DNA from: Ginsengibacter sp.
GTDB taxonomy: Bacteria > Bacteroidota > Bacteroidia > Chitinophagales > Chitinophagaceae
NCBI GenBank assembly: GCA_039919615.1
Contig: JBDSFG010000205.1
Location: forward strand, 1 to 48,401
DNA: 48,401 nucleotides
Direction of reading: 5' to 3'
The position numbers were made by a program, and so were the translations under genes. The notes under the pieces are model-generated. The model searched no databases. It was not told the DNA's origin and saw nothing but the letters and a program-made list of their open reading frames with translations. This document shows positions 25,781 through 35,711 of this stretch, one piece after another (position 1 is the first letter of the stretch; each line of letters opens with the position of its first letter).

Positions 25781-27277
25781 CTAGTATTTTAGCATTTTTT
25801 TAATGAGCTTAATTGAATACGGCATGTTCAATAATGATACGGCTAACACAGCAAAGCTAATGCAGCATATTAAAAATAATGTTAAGTGAAGCGCCGGAAA
25901 AAAATATTGCAAACCAAGCTTAATAGAAACTATAGTAATTAATGATGGCATCATCTGCAATAGAGAATCGTTGATGTACCACCTCTTAAGTTCATTTTTC
26001 AAAAGCGTCCGGTGCATTATAGGCTGGCTTATAAATACATAACCTGCATTTACAGCAATCCAAACGAAGGTGGCTCCGATTGCACCATACAAATTAGTCC
26101 AGATGAATAACAAGGGTACCAAAATTATTGCGGCAATTGTATTCTGATATATAGTAAATTTTGTACGCCCATTTGCCAGTAATAAATTAAACGGCATAAC
26201 CATCAAAGAATTGAAAATACTGCCAACTATAAGTATCTGTGCCATTCTATAAGTATTCTCTGATGTTAAACTATTTTTAGTCCAGATATTTAATATGTCT
26301 TTTGTGAAAAACAGGAGCACAAAGCAGACGGGAAAAATTAACGCACTCATTAACCGGCAAGCCTGGTGATATAGTGCCTTCAATTCGTTTTCGCTATTTG
26401 TGGCTACAAAATGAGTAAACTGTGGAAAAAATGTTAAGCTTATAGGCTGCACTATCAAACTTACACTGTTCGCTATTGTAAAAGCCAATGTATAATAGCC
26501 AAATTGAGATAGTGATAATATTTTACTAAGTATTATTTTATCAACCTGTGTTATAAAAAAAGTTATAAAGCTAATACCAGTCATGCCGGCTGCAAACCTC
26601 CAGATAACTTTGATTTGAACTTTTGAAAATACTGGTCTGTTTGAATGAGTCGGCATTTTATTCCACAATCCCCAACGCAATGTAATTACATACAAAAAAC
26701 TTATGGCTGCCTGCCATAAAAAGAAAGCCTGTAGCGTAGGCGAAACAAATTTTAGAATTAAAATTACCCCCGCTGCTCTAAGGGTAACCATAACTACTGT
26801 TATGGCATTGTTGAAAAGCTGTTTATCCAATCCGGTTAATCCGCCGCTGTATAAACTAATTGGCCATTGAAATGCAAACACAGCACCCATAAGCATTACA
26901 GATCTATTTACCGTATCAAGAGGCAAGCGCTCAACATTAACCCAGTGATGTGCGATAAATCCGGCTAGTGCAACAATTGAGAGACAAATAATAATTCCAA
27001 TTAACCAGTAAATCCTTTCTAAGGAAAAAGTTAAGTCTCTAAGATCTTTTATGGAACGCTTTTCGGATTTAAGCTTAGCCAATTCCCTGTTAAGTGTAAT
27101 GCTTAATCCCAGATCTAAAACTGCTAAAGAGCCACTAAGGGTTGAATAAAATCCAATTAATCCATAAGATTCAATTCCAAGGTATTTTATATATTGAGGA
27201 ATTAAGAGGATTGCTATACTTGCTGCCCAAATTTTTCCGATCAGGTTAGCAGCAATATTTCTCTTGATAGAAGACAT
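25781..27277 (-). CDS. wzx: O-antigen/polysaccharide flippase Wzx
   Basis: Multi-TM 498-aa protein; IKRNIAAN, YLGIESYGLIG, LDLGL, QVDKIILSK.LSL..FGYYTLA. Confidence 0.88.
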   Translation of the reverse strand: MSSIKRNIAANLIGKIWAASIAILLIPQYIKYLGIESYGLIGFYSTLSGSLAVLDLGLSITLNRELAKLKSEKRSIKDLRDLTFSLERIYWLIGIIICLSIVALAGFIAHHWVNVERLPLDTVNRSVMLMGAVFAFQWPISLYSGGLTGLDKQLFNNAITVVMVTLRAAGVILILKFVSPTLQAFFLWQAAISFLYVITLRWGLWNKMPTHSNRPVFSKVQIKVIWRFAAGMTGISFITFFITQVDKIILSKILSLSQFGYYTLAFTIANSVSLIVQPISLTFFPQFTHFVATNSENELKALYHQACRLMSALIFPVCFVLLFFTKDILNIWTKNSLTSENTYRMAQILIVGSIFNSLMVMPFNLLLANGRTKFTIYQNTIAAIILVPLLFIWTNLYGAIGATFVWIAVNAGYVFISQPIMHRTLLKNELKRWYINDSLLQMMPSLITIVSIKLGLQYFFPALHLTLFLICCISFAVLAVSLLNMPYSIKLIKKMLKY

Positions 27278-27316
27278 TTTTCTTATTGGATGAAAATAGT
27301 TTGATTTTTAAGATTA

Positions 27317-28057
27317 CTATTTCACCCTTTTTAGATATCCATCAGGGGCAACACTAATTAAAAGTTTATTGTTAATACATCTGTCAATTTCAAAGCCGTT
27401 ATTATCCTTTAAAAAACTATTTAGTGCAGTCCACGGATTATCGCCAATTGCCCATGCTCTTGCATGGCCTGGTAAATAATTTTCGGGGAGTTTTTCAACT
27501 ATTGTATCGTACACAACAATGTAGGAATTTACAGAAACAAATGGCGAATACATTTTTAGTTCGGCCAATACATGGTCATGTGTATGGTTGGAATCAAGTG
27601 TTACAAGAATGGTTTGTTTACCTTTCGTATGCAATTCCACTTCAGCAACAATAGCCGGGTCAATTGATGAACCCTGTATCATTTTAATTCGCTTATACAT
27701 TGGGTGCTTTTCAATTTCCAAACGGTTATGTTCCCGTATGTCAATATCAATTCCAAGAACTTCTCCCTTTCCAATTAATTCTAATAAAGATGCATAATAG
27801 ATCAATGAACCTCCATGAGCAATACCTGTTTCAATTATCAGGTCTGGTTTAATATTCCAGATTATTTCCTGCATAGCAATCATATCCTGGGGATATTGTA
27901 TGATAGGCCTGCCCATCCATGAAAAGTTGTAAGAATATTGCGCCTTATTTGATTCAACATTAAATGCTTCAGCGGCTGATAATAATTCTTCATTATTATT
28001 ATTTGCTTCAATCCGTTGTTTTCTTTGTTCGATAAATTCCTGAATGGGACTACTCAT
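27317..28057 (-). CDS. Cephalosporin hydroxylase (CmcI)-family SAM-dependent sugar O-methyltransferase
   Basis: WMGRPIIQYPQD, KPDLIIETGIAHGGS, LDSNHTHDHVL. Confidence 0.88.
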   Translation of the reverse strand: MSSPIQEFIEQRKQRIEANNNNEELLSAAEAFNVESNKAQYSYNFSWMGRPIIQYPQDMIAMQEIIWNIKPDLIIETGIAHGGSLIYYASLLELIGKGEVLGIDIDIREHNRLEIEKHPMYKRIKMIQGSSIDPAIVAEVELHTKGKQTILVTLDSNHTHDHVLAELKMYSPFVSVNSYIVVYDTIVEKLPENYLPGHARAWAIGDNPWTALNSFLKDNNGFEIDRCINNKLLISVAPDGYLKRVK

Positions 28058-28904
28058 TTAAAATACTTTTTAATTTTTTATTATCACCCCAAAAACGCAT
28101 TGGTTCATAATCTGTATAGGGATAAAAGCCCGGATTAAGTAGTATGTGTTTTTGTTTATTACTCAAATAATTCTCTACAAAATTTTTCACTGTTACGGGT
28201 TTGCCGCTGCTGCAATTAATAATTCCAGCTACCTTATTTTGCAAGGCAATTTGTGCTATATATTCAGCCACTTTTTCAACGGGCAAATAATCTCTTTGCT
28301 GCTCTCCGCCACTCATATTAAATACCTGTTCTTTATTTTCCAACGCCCTGGCCAACTGCGAAAGTAAGGAGTTAGGGCTTTGCCCGCTACCATACATATA
28401 AAATAAACGCACCCATTTTAGATTGAAAGGTGTTTGTTGTTGCAATTGTTGCAATTGTTTACGCAATGTATTCTTTGCTATTGCATATGCGTTTGATGGC
28501 TCCGGCTTCATTTCTTCTGATAAGCAACCTTCTTGCATACCATACTCAAGACAAGTGCCGGTAACAGTTAAATCAATGAGGCCATGCGCAATAATATTTT
28601 TTAGAAAAGAGTAATGCCGCGGCAAATTTTCTTCCAAATGAAAGGGGGATTTATAATTCGGCAATCCTTCCCAGGCAAGGTGGATAAGGGCATCCGGCTT
28701 ATCAAAAAAACTATAGTAGTCAGTTTCATTATCAAAAGTCTTTAAATCAAATGGAAAATATTTCACGGCTGAAAACCATGAAGCTGCTTTCGCTTTTTCT
28801 TCGTTGTAAGATGTAGCAATTATTTGACAATTGTGCGCCAGTAGTTCCTTAATTACATAATTGCCAATAAAGCCAGTGGCGCCTGTTATCAAGATCTTTT
28901 TCAT
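28050..28904 (-). CDS. NAD-dependent epimerase/NDP-4-keto-6-deoxyhexose reductase
   Basis: TGATGFIG, HLAW, GTCLEYG, YAIAK, GEQQRDYL. ATG at 28904; the ORF track uses TTG 28907. Confidence 0.85.
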   Translation of the reverse strand: MKKILITGATGFIGNYVIKELLAHNCQIIATSYNEEKAKAASWFSAVKYFPFDLKTFDNETDYYSFFDKPDALIHLAWEGLPNYKSPFHLEENLPRHYSFLKNIIAHGLIDLTVTGTCLEYGMQEGCLSEEMKPEPSNAYAIAKNTLRKQLQQLQQQTPFNLKWVRLFYMYGSGQSPNSLLSQLARALENKEQVFNMSGGEQQRDYLPVEKVAEYIAQIALQNKVAGIINCSSGKPVTVKNFVENYLSNKQKHILLNPGFYPYTDYEPMRFWGDNKKLKSILNE

Positions 28905-28907
28905 CAA

Positions 28908-30137
28908 TTATAAAATTTGTAACTCTGGAATTGGAATTACAAATTTTCCGCCCCAATCCTTTACATAGTTTAATTGTTCCATTATTTCATCTTTCAGATT
29001 CCACGGAAGAATAATGATGTAATCCGGTTTTGCATCTTTTAAATGTTGCTCACTTACGACAGGAATATGGCTGGCTGGTAAAAATTTATTTTGCTTGTGT
29101 GGGTTAGCATCAACAACAAAACTGATAAGATCATTTTTAATACCGCAATAATTTAGTAAAGTATTGCCTTTTGCCGCAGCGCCATAGGCCCCAACTTTTT
29201 TTCCATCACGTTTTTGATCAATCAAAAATTCAGTCAAATCCAGTTTTACCTTCAACGCTTTTTGTTGAAAGTTTTCGTAATATTCAAGTGTGTTCAATCC
29301 TTTATTCAGTTCTTTACTTAAAACCATTGCAACATTTTCCGCAATTGGTTTACTTCCATCTTCAGCATGCTTTGCATAAATACGCAAAGATCCCCCGTGT
29401 GTAGGCAGCTCATCTACATCAAAAACCTGCAGGCCCTGAGATTCAAAAATCTGTTTAACAGTATACAATGAGAGATAAGAAAAATGTTCGTGATAAATAG
29501 TATCAAACTGGTTATTATCTACCAGTTGCATAAGGTGAGGAAACTCCATTGTAATAGCACCTGTCTCTTTTAATATTAGTTTCATACCTAAAACAAAGTC
29601 CACAATATCTGGTACATGTGCCAGCACATTATTTCCAAGAAGCAGATCTGCCTTTACATTCCAGGTGTTGGCAAAACGCTCAGCCAGTTCCGCTCCAAAA
29701 AATTCAATAACAGTTTTAATACCTTTACCAATAGCCACTTCCGCAGTATTGGCAGTTGGCTCAATACCCATCACAGGGATATTTTTTTCTTTAAAATATT
29801 GGAGAAGATAACCGTCATTAGAAGCTACCTCGATCACCAATGAATCATTGGTATAGCCAAAACGCTCAATCATCATTTCTGTATATGCCCTGGCATGTTG
29901 GAGCCAGGAAGTGCTGTAGGAAGAAAAGTAAGCATAGTTGCTATCAAAAATAGCGTTGGATTTTTTATACTCATCTACCTGAACTAAAAAACAATTGTTG
30001 CACACAAATACTTTTAGGGGATAAAAAGTTTCGGGTTCATTTAACTGTTCTTCGGACAGAAAAGAATTTGAAGCGGGAGAATTAAGCAGGTCTATCAGTA
30101 CGTGCGATACAGGCTGTTTACAAAAGCGGCAATTCAT
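28908..30137 (-). CDS. NDP-hexose 3-C-methyltransferase
   Basis: Zn motifs CRFC…CNNC, EVASNDGYLL, NNVLAHVPD, DTIYHEH, HGGSLR, YGAAAKGNT. Confidence 0.9.
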   Translation of the reverse strand: MNCRFCKQPVSHVLIDLLNSPASNSFLSEEQLNEPETFYPLKVFVCNNCFLVQVDEYKKSNAIFDSNYAYFSSYSTSWLQHARAYTEMMIERFGYTNDSLVIEVASNDGYLLQYFKEKNIPVMGIEPTANTAEVAIGKGIKTVIEFFGAELAERFANTWNVKADLLLGNNVLAHVPDIVDFVLGMKLILKETGAITMEFPHLMQLVDNNQFDTIYHEHFSYLSLYTVKQIFESQGLQVFDVDELPTHGGSLRIYAKHAEDGSKPIAENVAMVLSKELNKGLNTLEYYENFQQKALKVKLDLTEFLIDQKRDGKKVGAYGAAAKGNTLLNYCGIKNDLISFVVDANPHKQNKFLPASHIPVVSEQHLKDAKPDYIIILPWNLKDEIMEQLNYVKDWGGKFVIPIPELQIL

Positions 30138-30140
30138 AAT

Positions 30141-30686
30141 TTATACTCCTTTAAAATCTTTTTTTAAATAACTATGCGCTTTATCTCTTTCAGACATCGA
30201 CTCCACCGGTATTGGCCATTGAATTCCCAATATTTCATCGTTATATTTTAGTCCACTTTCTGAACCAGGTTTATACACAGCGGTATGGTGATAGATAAGC
30301 TCGCAATCATTTGTAAGGGTTTCAAAGCCATGTGCAAACCCTTCCGGTATGTAGATCATTTTTTTATTTTCTCCTGAAAGCTCCACGCCAAACCATTGCA
30401 GGAAGGTTGAGGAGTTTTTTCTTATATCCACAATCACGTCAAATATTTTCCCTGCGATACATCTTACAAGTTTTATTTCGCTAAATGGAGGCAACTGGTA
30501 ATGCATGCCTCTTAACATTCCCCGGTTTTTAGTGTATGAATGATTTAACTGAAGCCAGTCTTTATTGTGGCCTATTTTTCTAAATTCCTCTTCACAAAAG
30601 GTACGCACAAACCAGCCTCTCTCATCTGTAAATGGCTCCAGGTCTATAACATAACTTCCCTTCAATGGAGTTTCAGTAAATATCAT
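30141..30686 (-). CDS. rfbC: NDP-4-keto-6-deoxyglucose 3,5-epimerase (RmlC family)
   Basis: DERGWF, LRGMHYQ, KLVRC, DVIVDIR, IPEGFAHGF. Confidence 0.88.
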   Translation of the reverse strand: MIFTETPLKGSYVIDLEPFTDERGWFVRTFCEEEFRKIGHNKDWLQLNHSYTKNRGMLRGMHYQLPPFSEIKLVRCIAGKIFDVIVDIRKNSSTFLQWFGVELSGENKKMIYIPEGFAHGFETLTNDCELIYHHTAVYKPGSESGLKYNDEILGIQWPIPVESMSERDKAHSYLKKDFKGV

Positions 30687-31756
30687 CTCCGCTGGTAATT
30701 TTTAATTTGCTCTATGGTATAACGGTACTTGTTTTCTTCAGCCTGTTTATACCAGTCTATCGTCCATTGTATTGCTTCTTTGCTGTTAAGCTTTGGCTTC
30801 CAGTTTAATTCACTTTTTGCTTTGCTTATATCAAGTTGCAATAAGCCCGCCTCATGTGGCTGTGTAATGTCTGATGTATCAATCCAATTGCCTTTACCCC
30901 AACCCGCTATCGCAATTTCAACTAATTGCTTTACCGGCAAATGATCATCTTCTTCAGGACCAAAATTGAAAGCGCCGGAGAATTGAGTTGGATTTTGATG
31001 TAATAGTGCACCTAATAAAAGATAGCCGCTTAATGGCTCTAATACGTGCTGCCACGGCCTTACAGCATTTGGGTTTCGTACGCCAACCTGCTTATCATCA
31101 GATAGTGAACGAATAATATCAGGAATTATCCTATCCTTATTCCAATCTCCTCCACCTATTACATTGCCTGCTCTTACTGTTGATATGGCCTTTTGATGTT
31201 CGTTATATTTAGCAATATTAAAAAAGGAATTGCGGAAAGAGCTTGCTATTATTTCAGTACATGCTTTGCTTGAACTGTAGGGATCATATCCGCCTAAAAC
31301 ATCTGTTTCCTTATAAAAATGATGGGCTTCTTTGTTTTCGTAAACTTTATCTGTAGTAACTATAATTACGGAGCACTTATTTTTTAAGCCTGTTAAACTT
31401 TCTAACAGGTTTGCAACGCCGGTGGCATTTACATTAAAAGTTTCCGCGGGCATTTCATAAGAACGCCTTACCAGGGATTGGGCGGCAAAATGGAAAATAT
31501 AATCCGGTTGAAAATTTATTAACTCAGTTTGTAATCTTTCCTTATCTTTTATATCGGCTGTAATACTTTCTACATTTAAATAAGCAGCTAATGAGTTAAA
31601 TAAACTCTTGTTGTCAGCCTTTAATGCATATCCCTTTACCTTAGCCCCTAATAACTGTAACCAGGTAATAAACCATGATCCTTTAAAACCAGTATGACCA
31701 GTAACAAAAACTTTCTTTTTGTAATAAGTCTGATCTATGTTATTGATCGTCACCAA
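30683..31756 (-). CDS. rfbG: CDP-glucose 4,6-dehydratase
   Basis: VTGHTGFKGSW, AAQSLVR, TTDKVYEN, DPYSSSK, RAGNVIGGGDW, RPWQHVLEPL. Confidence 0.93.
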   Translation of the reverse strand: MVTINNIDQTYYKKKVFVTGHTGFKGSWFITWLQLLGAKVKGYALKADNKSLFNSLAAYLNVESITADIKDKERLQTELINFQPDYIFHFAAQSLVRRSYEMPAETFNVNATGVANLLESLTGLKNKCSVIIVTTDKVYENKEAHHFYKETDVLGGYDPYSSSKACTEIIASSFRNSFFNIAKYNEHQKAISTVRAGNVIGGGDWNKDRIIPDIIRSLSDDKQVGVRNPNAVRPWQHVLEPLSGYLLLGALLHQNPTQFSGAFNFGPEEDDHLPVKQLVEIAIAGWGKGNWIDTSDITQPHEAGLLQLDISKAKSELNWKPKLNSKEAIQWTIDWYKQAEENKYRYTIEQIKNYQRR

Positions 31757-31874
31757 ATCTTACATTTACATTTTTTGACTCCCCAGGCTCTTCTGAATAA
31801 ATTTATACCCATTATTAATGATTACCGGCAGGGGCTGCAATTACCTTTTTAAAACAGGTCTTTTACGATTTCGG

Positions 31875-31882
31875 CAAATATA
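31875..31882 (-). promoter_or_regulatory. Internal -7 promoter element (TATATTTG) upstream of rfbG
   Basis: TAnnTTTG on the minus strand in the 163-bp gap before rfbG. Confidence 0.4.
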
Positions 31883-31919
31883 CACCATAGCCTATTTCTT
31901 CAAATGTTTTTCAATATTT

Positions 31920-32936
31920 TCAGGTCTTAAATTTTTTCTTTAATAGCAAAAGTTGAGTAAAGAGAAGCGGTGCCCGGGTTTTCGTTAAATATCTTAATTT
32001 ATATTTTTTCATAAGATCAATTTTAAAAACTTCATTTTCTACAATCCTAAGCTGATCACTAAGCTCATTTTTCTTTGACTTCTTAAAGTAAGAATATAAA
32101 AAAGCTAAATGTGAAACCATCCATAGTCCAAGGAAATTCAACATTTGTTTTTCGATAATTGGCCATGAAGGCAGGTGTTTTAATCTTTCAGCAACATAAG
32201 GCGGAAAATTTTTTACCAAGGTTAGTAATTCATCATTTTGATTTCTTCCAAAATTTTCCCGGTGCAGTGTTTGACAGCCCAATGCCCTGTTGATAACCAC
32301 ACAACCAGAATGTGATGCCACTATCACCAGGTATGCATAATCCCCCAGAAATGGGGTACCATATTCGGGCACTCCCCCTTTATTTACAAGTACATCTTTT
32401 TTAACAATGCAGGTTGACCATAGATAGTGTTTCAAAATTTTGACAGCGAAAAACTGTTTCACAAATTCATCTGCACCATACACCCGTACGAAATTTAAAT
32501 CGTGTTCATTTGATAAAGAAGAGTTAGAACCTACATTTAAGTTGTATAATTCTCCCATTTCTCTATTAGTACAAAACCAATCGCACCCGCCCATGTACAT
32601 CCCATAACCCGGATGTGTATGTAGTAACTCAACTAAGGTATTTAACATATCAAAATAAACAGGATCATCATCGGCCATCATAACAATATACTCGCCCGAA
32701 GATCTTTCCAGGCTTTTATTGAAGCTTCCTTTCATGCCCAGGTTTTGCCTGTTTGCAAAATATTTAAACCGCTGATCGTTCATGCCTGTTACCATTTCTT
32801 TGCCGCTTTCCTCAGGATCATTATCTGAAACAATCACTTCATAATCCTGAAAATTTTGCCGCAGAATGCTTTCCAGAGTACTTTTAAGAATGGTACCTCT
32901 TTTATAGGTACTTAAACAAAAACTTACTAAAGGCAT
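31920..32936 (-). CDS. Glycosyltransferase family 2
   Basis: PLVSFCLSTYKR, EVIVSDN, NLG, ADDD. Confidence 0.88.
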   Translation of the reverse strand: MPLVSFCLSTYKRGTILKSTLESILRQNFQDYEVIVSDNDPEESGKEMVTGMNDQRFKYFANRQNLGMKGSFNKSLERSSGEYIVMMADDDPVYFDMLNTLVELLHTHPGYGMYMGGCDWFCTNREMGELYNLNVGSNSSLSNEHDLNFVRVYGADEFVKQFFAVKILKHYLWSTCIVKKDVLVNKGGVPEYGTPFLGDYAYLVIVASHSGCVVINRALGCQTLHRENFGRNQNDELLTLVKNFPPYVAERLKHLPSWPIIEKQMLNFLGLWMVSHLAFLYSYFKKSKKNELSDQLRIVENEVFKIDLMKKYKLRYLTKTRAPLLFTQLLLLKKKFKT

Positions 32937-32961
32937 ATTATGAATTTGATTGACTTACAAT

Positions 32962-33981
32962 TTATTTAACTACAACTTTGGTATATATCTTGTCAAAAAT
33001 TAAGAACATTAATCTTCCGACAGCATTACTGTCTAAAATTTTTGCAATAAAGATTGTCGGGAAGCTTGTTGGTTCAAAGTTAACGCCACACTCCAAAACG
33101 TCAGCATACCCTTTAAATTTTTGAATGAGCAACTTTATTGATAATCCATCATTTTTATTTTTTGGTGCGTTGAGTAACCGGCGTGAAATTGCCTTGCAAT
33201 AATAGAGCAAAAAGTTTCGGCCATAGGTAGGTATTAAATCAGAGAAGCGCATATCTTGTTGTTTTAAAGAAGCAAGAAAATAAACAAAACGCTCGAATGC
33301 CTGCAAAAATTTCAGGTTTGAAGTTAAAAGGGTCGTGCTTTGATGAACCCTATAAGAAAAAAAATCTCCGGCTGAGGTTGCTTTAAAATTAATATTAGTT
33401 AGTTTAAGCCATAATTCAAGATCGCTAAATATCAAACTAGGATATTCCTGTATTCCTCCAAGTCTTTTATAGTCTGCAGCCCTCATCATAAACCCCGTTC
33501 CCATTACATCAATCTTAAATTGAAGACACGATTTAAGAAACGATGGTCCATCTTCTATTGCAGGCATAGGTTTACACTTTCTTATCACGGCTCCTTTACC
33601 ATTAATATAAGTATACTGGGTTTGATATAAGCTTGCCTGAGGGTAAGAGCTAATCATCTTTTCCATTTCAGCTAAGTATCCGGGAAATAAAATATCATCA
33701 TGACCTATCATGGTTATAAATTCATTTGTATTTAAACCCCTTATTCTTCCCCAGTTTTCTTCAATTGTTAAGGGTTTTGAAGAAGTATAAATTAGGATCC
33801 GGTCATCAGCCAGCGATTGTATATATTCCAGCGTTCCATCCTCACTGCAATTATCTAAAACAATTAAATTAAAATCCTGTATGGTTTGTGAAAGAATGCT
33901 ATTAATACAGAGCTTCACAAATTCGCCCCCATTGCGAACAGGTAATATGATGCTGTACTTTGCTTTTTTCTGCTCTGTCAT
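32962..33981 (-). CDS. Glycosyltransferase family 2
   Basis: SIILPVRNG, LDNCSEDGT, GHDD, DLELWLKL. Confidence 0.88.
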   Translation of the reverse strand: MTEQKKAKYSIILPVRNGGEFVKLCINSILSQTIQDFNLIVLDNCSEDGTLEYIQSLADDRILIYTSSKPLTIEENWGRIRGLNTNEFITMIGHDDILFPGYLAEMEKMISSYPQASLYQTQYTYINGKGAVIRKCKPMPAIEDGPSFLKSCLQFKIDVMGTGFMMRAADYKRLGGIQEYPSLIFSDLELWLKLTNINFKATSAGDFFSYRVHQSTTLLTSNLKFLQAFERFVYFLASLKQQDMRFSDLIPTYGRNFLLYYCKAISRRLLNAPKNKNDGLSIKLLIQKFKGYADVLECGVNFEPTSFPTIFIAKILDSNAVGRLMFLIFDKIYTKVVVK

Positions 33982-34049
33982 ATTAATCTCTTAATTACTC
34001 ATTTGCAGCTTTATCCTTATCATTATATAATATGACAATACATTTTTAA

Positions 34050-34826
34050 TTACCACACTTTCCATTTAGCGTTATCGGTTTTCCAAAGTTCTTCAAGTTC
34101 TATTTTGTCTCTCAGGGCATCCATACATTTCCAAAAGCCTTTATGCCGGTAAGCAACCAACTGTTCATCCAGTGTCAGGTTTTCAAGCGGCTCCTCTTCC
34201 CACATCATATCGCTCATATCACCAGAGAGATAATTGAATACTTCAGGTTTTAGAACAAAAAAACCGCCGTTTATCCATTTGCTTTCATCTTTTGCTTTTT
34301 CTCTAAAAGAAACCACTTCCCCGTTTGTTCCAAGGTCCATTCCACCAAAACGGGCATCCAGTTGTATTGCGCTAACGGTAGCAATTTTTTGGTGTGATTT
34401 ATGGAAAGCCAGAAGATCATGAATGTTTATATTGCATACACCATCACCATAGGTAAGCATAAAATCTTCGTTTCCTATGTATTTCTGTACCTGTTTCAAT
34501 CGGCCTGCTGTTTTAGTATCCAGGCCGGTTTCAACCAGTGTTACCTTAAAAGCTTCGGCCTTAGTATCATGTATTTCAACATTATTAGTCCCCAGGTCAA
34601 CGGTTATGTCTGAGTTATGTAAAAAATAGTTCATAAAATACTCTTTTAGAACATATCCTTTATAGCCCAGGCAAATAATAAAATCATTAAACCCATAATG
34701 ACTGTAAATTTTCATGATGTGCCACAGTACAGGCTTTCCGCCAATATCTACCATCGGTTTAGGCCTGGCATCGGTTTCTTCTGAAATACGGGTTCCTAAA
34801 CCACCTGCAAAAATTACCACCTTCAT
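34050..34826 (-). CDS. rfbF: Glucose-1-phosphate cytidylyltransferase
   Basis: AGGLGTRISEET..RPKPMV, LWHIMK, TYGDG, INGGFF, GFWKCMD..RD. Confidence 0.95.
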   Translation of the reverse strand: MKVVIFAGGLGTRISEETDARPKPMVDIGGKPVLWHIMKIYSHYGFNDFIICLGYKGYVLKEYFMNYFLHNSDITVDLGTNNVEIHDTKAEAFKVTLVETGLDTKTAGRLKQVQKYIGNEDFMLTYGDGVCNINIHDLLAFHKSHQKIATVSAIQLDARFGGMDLGTNGEVVSFREKAKDESKWINGGFFVLKPEVFNYLSGDMSDMMWEEEPLENLTLDEQLVAYRHKGFWKCMDALRDKIELEELWKTDNAKWKVW

Positions 34827-34847
34827 ATGCTTAGTATTAGCTTACAT

Positions 34848-35708
34848 TTAATTAATTATCCTGTACAAATATTCGCCATAGCCACTTTTCTCAAATTTTT
34901 TGGCAAGATGTGCCAATTCTTTCCTACCAATGAACCCCATCCTGAATGCTACCTCCTCGGGGCAACCGATCTTAAGGCCCTGCCGTTTTTCAATAACTCT
35001 TACAAATTCTGAAGCGTCGTGAAGAGATTCAAATGTTCCGGTATCAAGCCAGGCAAAACCCCTGTTTAAAACTCTTATTTTTAATTTATTGTCCTCAAGG
35101 TATTTCCTGTTTACATCTGTTATCTCGTATTCTCCTCTTGATCCCGGTTGTATATTTTTTGCTATGTTCACTACTGTATTATCATAAAAATATAATCCAG
35201 GAACTGCATAATTGCTTTTAGGTTGCGGGGGTTTTTCTTCAATACTTATCGCATTAAACTCACTGTCAAACTCAACTACTCCATAGCGTTGCGGATCGCT
35301 TACCGGGTAGGCAAATATTATTGCTCCTTCTTTATCAACAGCACCCTGTAATAAATTGCTTATTCCGCTTCCATAAAAAATATTATCTCCTAATATCAAT
35401 GCCACATTATCGGCACCAATAAATTTTTCGCCGATTACAAAAGCCTGTGCCAGTCCGTTAGGCTCTCCCTGTTGTGCATACTCGATCGTACATCCCCATT
35501 GTGTACCATCGCCCAATAATCTTTTAAAGTGATCCTGGTCTTCAGGTGTTGTTATGATAAGTATTTCTTTTATACCTGCCAGCATCAATGTGCTTAATGG
35601 GTAATAGATCATTGGCTTATCATAGATTGGCATCAACTGCTTGCTTATGCCCATAGTAATGGGATAAAGCCTTGTTCCTGATCCCCCTGCTAAAATAATT
35701 CCCTTCAT
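34848..35708 (-). CDS. rfbA: Glucose-1-phosphate thymidylyltransferase
   Basis: [46 protein letters not shown]. Confidence 0.96.
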   Translation of the reverse strand: MKGIILAGGSGTRLYPITMGISKQLMPIYDKPMIYYPLSTLMLAGIKEILIITTPEDQDHFKRLLGDGTQWGCTIEYAQQGEPNGLAQAFVIGEKFIGADNVALILGDNIFYGSGISNLLQGAVDKEGAIIFAYPVSDPQRYGVVEFDSEFNAISIEEKPPQPKSNYAVPGLYFYDNTVVNIAKNIQPGSRGEYEITDVNRKYLEDNKLKIRVLNRGFAWLDTGTFESLHDASEFVRVIEKRQGLKIGCPEEVAFRMGFIGRKELAHLAKKFEKSGYGEYLYRIIN

Positions 35709-35711
35709 GAT

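Noticed and set aside
27317-28057. Cephalosporin biosynthesis or resistance
   Set aside because: The family name is misleading; in a sugar cluster, CmcI-like proteins are best read as methyltransferases.
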